DNA of 64,000 bases from Candidatus Poribacteria bacterium (lineage in GTDB: Bacteria; Poribacteria; WGA-4E; JAJDTR01): NCBI GenBank assembly GCA_965222225.1, contig CBDCTK010000002.1, forward strand, positions 1,600,001-1,664,000. The letters run 5' to 3'. The translations under genes were made by a program, and so were the position numbers. Within the stretch, counting starts at the first letter, position 1, and each line of letters starts with the position of its first letter. Positions 63,079-64,000 of the stretch are shown one piece after another. The notes under the pieces were generated by a model that worked only from the letters and a program-made list of their open reading frames with translations, had not been told where the DNA came from and made no database searches.

Positions 63079-63149
63079 GATCAAGCGAGCGAATAGATCA
63101 AGTGACCGAACAGGGAACGCGATAGAGATCCCAGTGCGATAGAGATCTC
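63079..63149 (+). repeat. Two nested mini-element units inside a REP-like hairpin
   Basis: Inner unit at 63096-63132; outer halves at 63079-63095 and 63133-63149; flanks GTAGGAGC and CTTGCCCCGCC. Confidence 0.85.
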
Positions 63150-63730
63150 CTTGCCCCGCCGTACTACACCAAAATTCATGTGAAACCCAACACGTCATCT
63201 GCGTGGTACTGGAAACCGCCAGCGACTTTTTTCACAGGTCAACCAAAAAGACCAGATAGTTAAAATCTCCCCCGCTTTTCTTCAACGCTTGATTGACACC
63301 GTTTGTTATGCCGCTTAAATGTACAAAGTCGAGCTAATTATTGGAGTGCGAAACCGGTTGGCTACAGTTATCTAGGCATCAACGATGACATCGTTTGGGA
63401 CATCATCCAAACAGATATTCCGGTCCTGTTGCCTGCCTTAAGAAACCTACTAAGCACAATCAACAAGGAATCCCCATAACAATAGGAGAGGATACCAATG
63501 GCATTATTACCACCAAAATACCTCAACGCAGTAGTTGCAATAGGCATAGAATCCACTCCAGAGGAAATAGAATCAACTGGGCAGCCGAAGCACCGTTTGC
63601 ACCGTGCCCCGAACTGAGCGATAGACGTCCCAATACCCCGGGCGCGCCATAAAGCCTCCTAGTTATACCGTGAACTCCCGATGATCGACCTTCGCTTCGA
63701 TAGAGCGCCCGTCGACCGGGGCAACCGGGT

Positions 63731-64000
63731 TCACCTCGGTATAGCAGGAAAGCCGATAACGATCACCGGACTCCCCCCGTCGCTGTCGATGACCGACCGA
63801 GTGTTCGACCAGTGCTTATCGCCCTCGATGTCCTCATGGCTGTAGCTCTGAGCTACCGGAACGGTAAAGCCGCCGTTTTCACCACCCGGGGCGTCAGGTT
63901 TGGTGTCCTCGCCAACCTTGACCGAATCGTAACCGTTCCATTTTTCGAGGTAATGCTTATACTCCATCGTCAATTCGATCTCGTCGTCGTCGTCGTAGTT
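63731..64000 (-). CDS. 3' end of an unidentified acidic protein (runs in from beyond the window)
   Basis: Open frame from the window edge to TGA at 63731; GC-rich coding-like composition. Confidence 0.5.
   Translation of the reverse strand, partial: NYDDDDEIELTMEYKHYLEKWNGYDSVKVGEDTKPDAPGGENGGFTVPVAQSYSHEDIEGDKHWSNTRSVIDSDGGSPVIVIGFPAIPR

Noticed and set aside
63368-63650. ATG with AGGAGG RBS at 63650 (minus strand) and short hydrophobic frames
   Set aside because: Stops after 25 codons; possibly a decayed gene but no recognisable family.
63684-63711. GATCGACC...CGATAGAGCGCCC as a further mini-element
   Set aside because: About 28 nt and the middle does not align to the consensus.
1-64000. 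Many overlapping antisense or alternate-frame ORFs in the ORF track; rRNA and tRNA genes
   Set aside because: Shadow ORFs of recognised genes; no complete tRNA cloverleaf or rRNA-like sequence seen by eye.

Overview
A 64-kb bacterial chromosomal segment. It is most likely Candidatus Poribacteria; this is inferred from secreted proteins with DxNxDGxVNILDLV dockerin-like tails, a C-terminal GKLATTWASMK motif, and many Gfo/Idh/MocA, sulfatase and FGE genes. Housekeeping genes include miaA, minCDE, purL/purQ and a larA-family gene. There is a rhamnose/sulfated-glycan catabolic cluster, a squalene-hopene-cyclase-like gene next to a GT2 glycosyltransferase, several frameshifted genes and four IS families (IS3, IS1595, IS701, IS982). 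No rRNA, intact tRNA or CRISPR array was seen. The most unusual signal is a dispersed family of 36-38 bp non-coding units (consensus about GATCAAGYGASYGRATAGYGARNGCGATAGAGATCCC). These have no target-site duplication and appear to replace about 3 nt of target. They interrupt an IS3 transposase twice in opposite orientations, sit at the same position in two GTAG REP-like hairpins, and nest inside one another. All calls were made by eye from the sequence and ORF track; no database searches were run.
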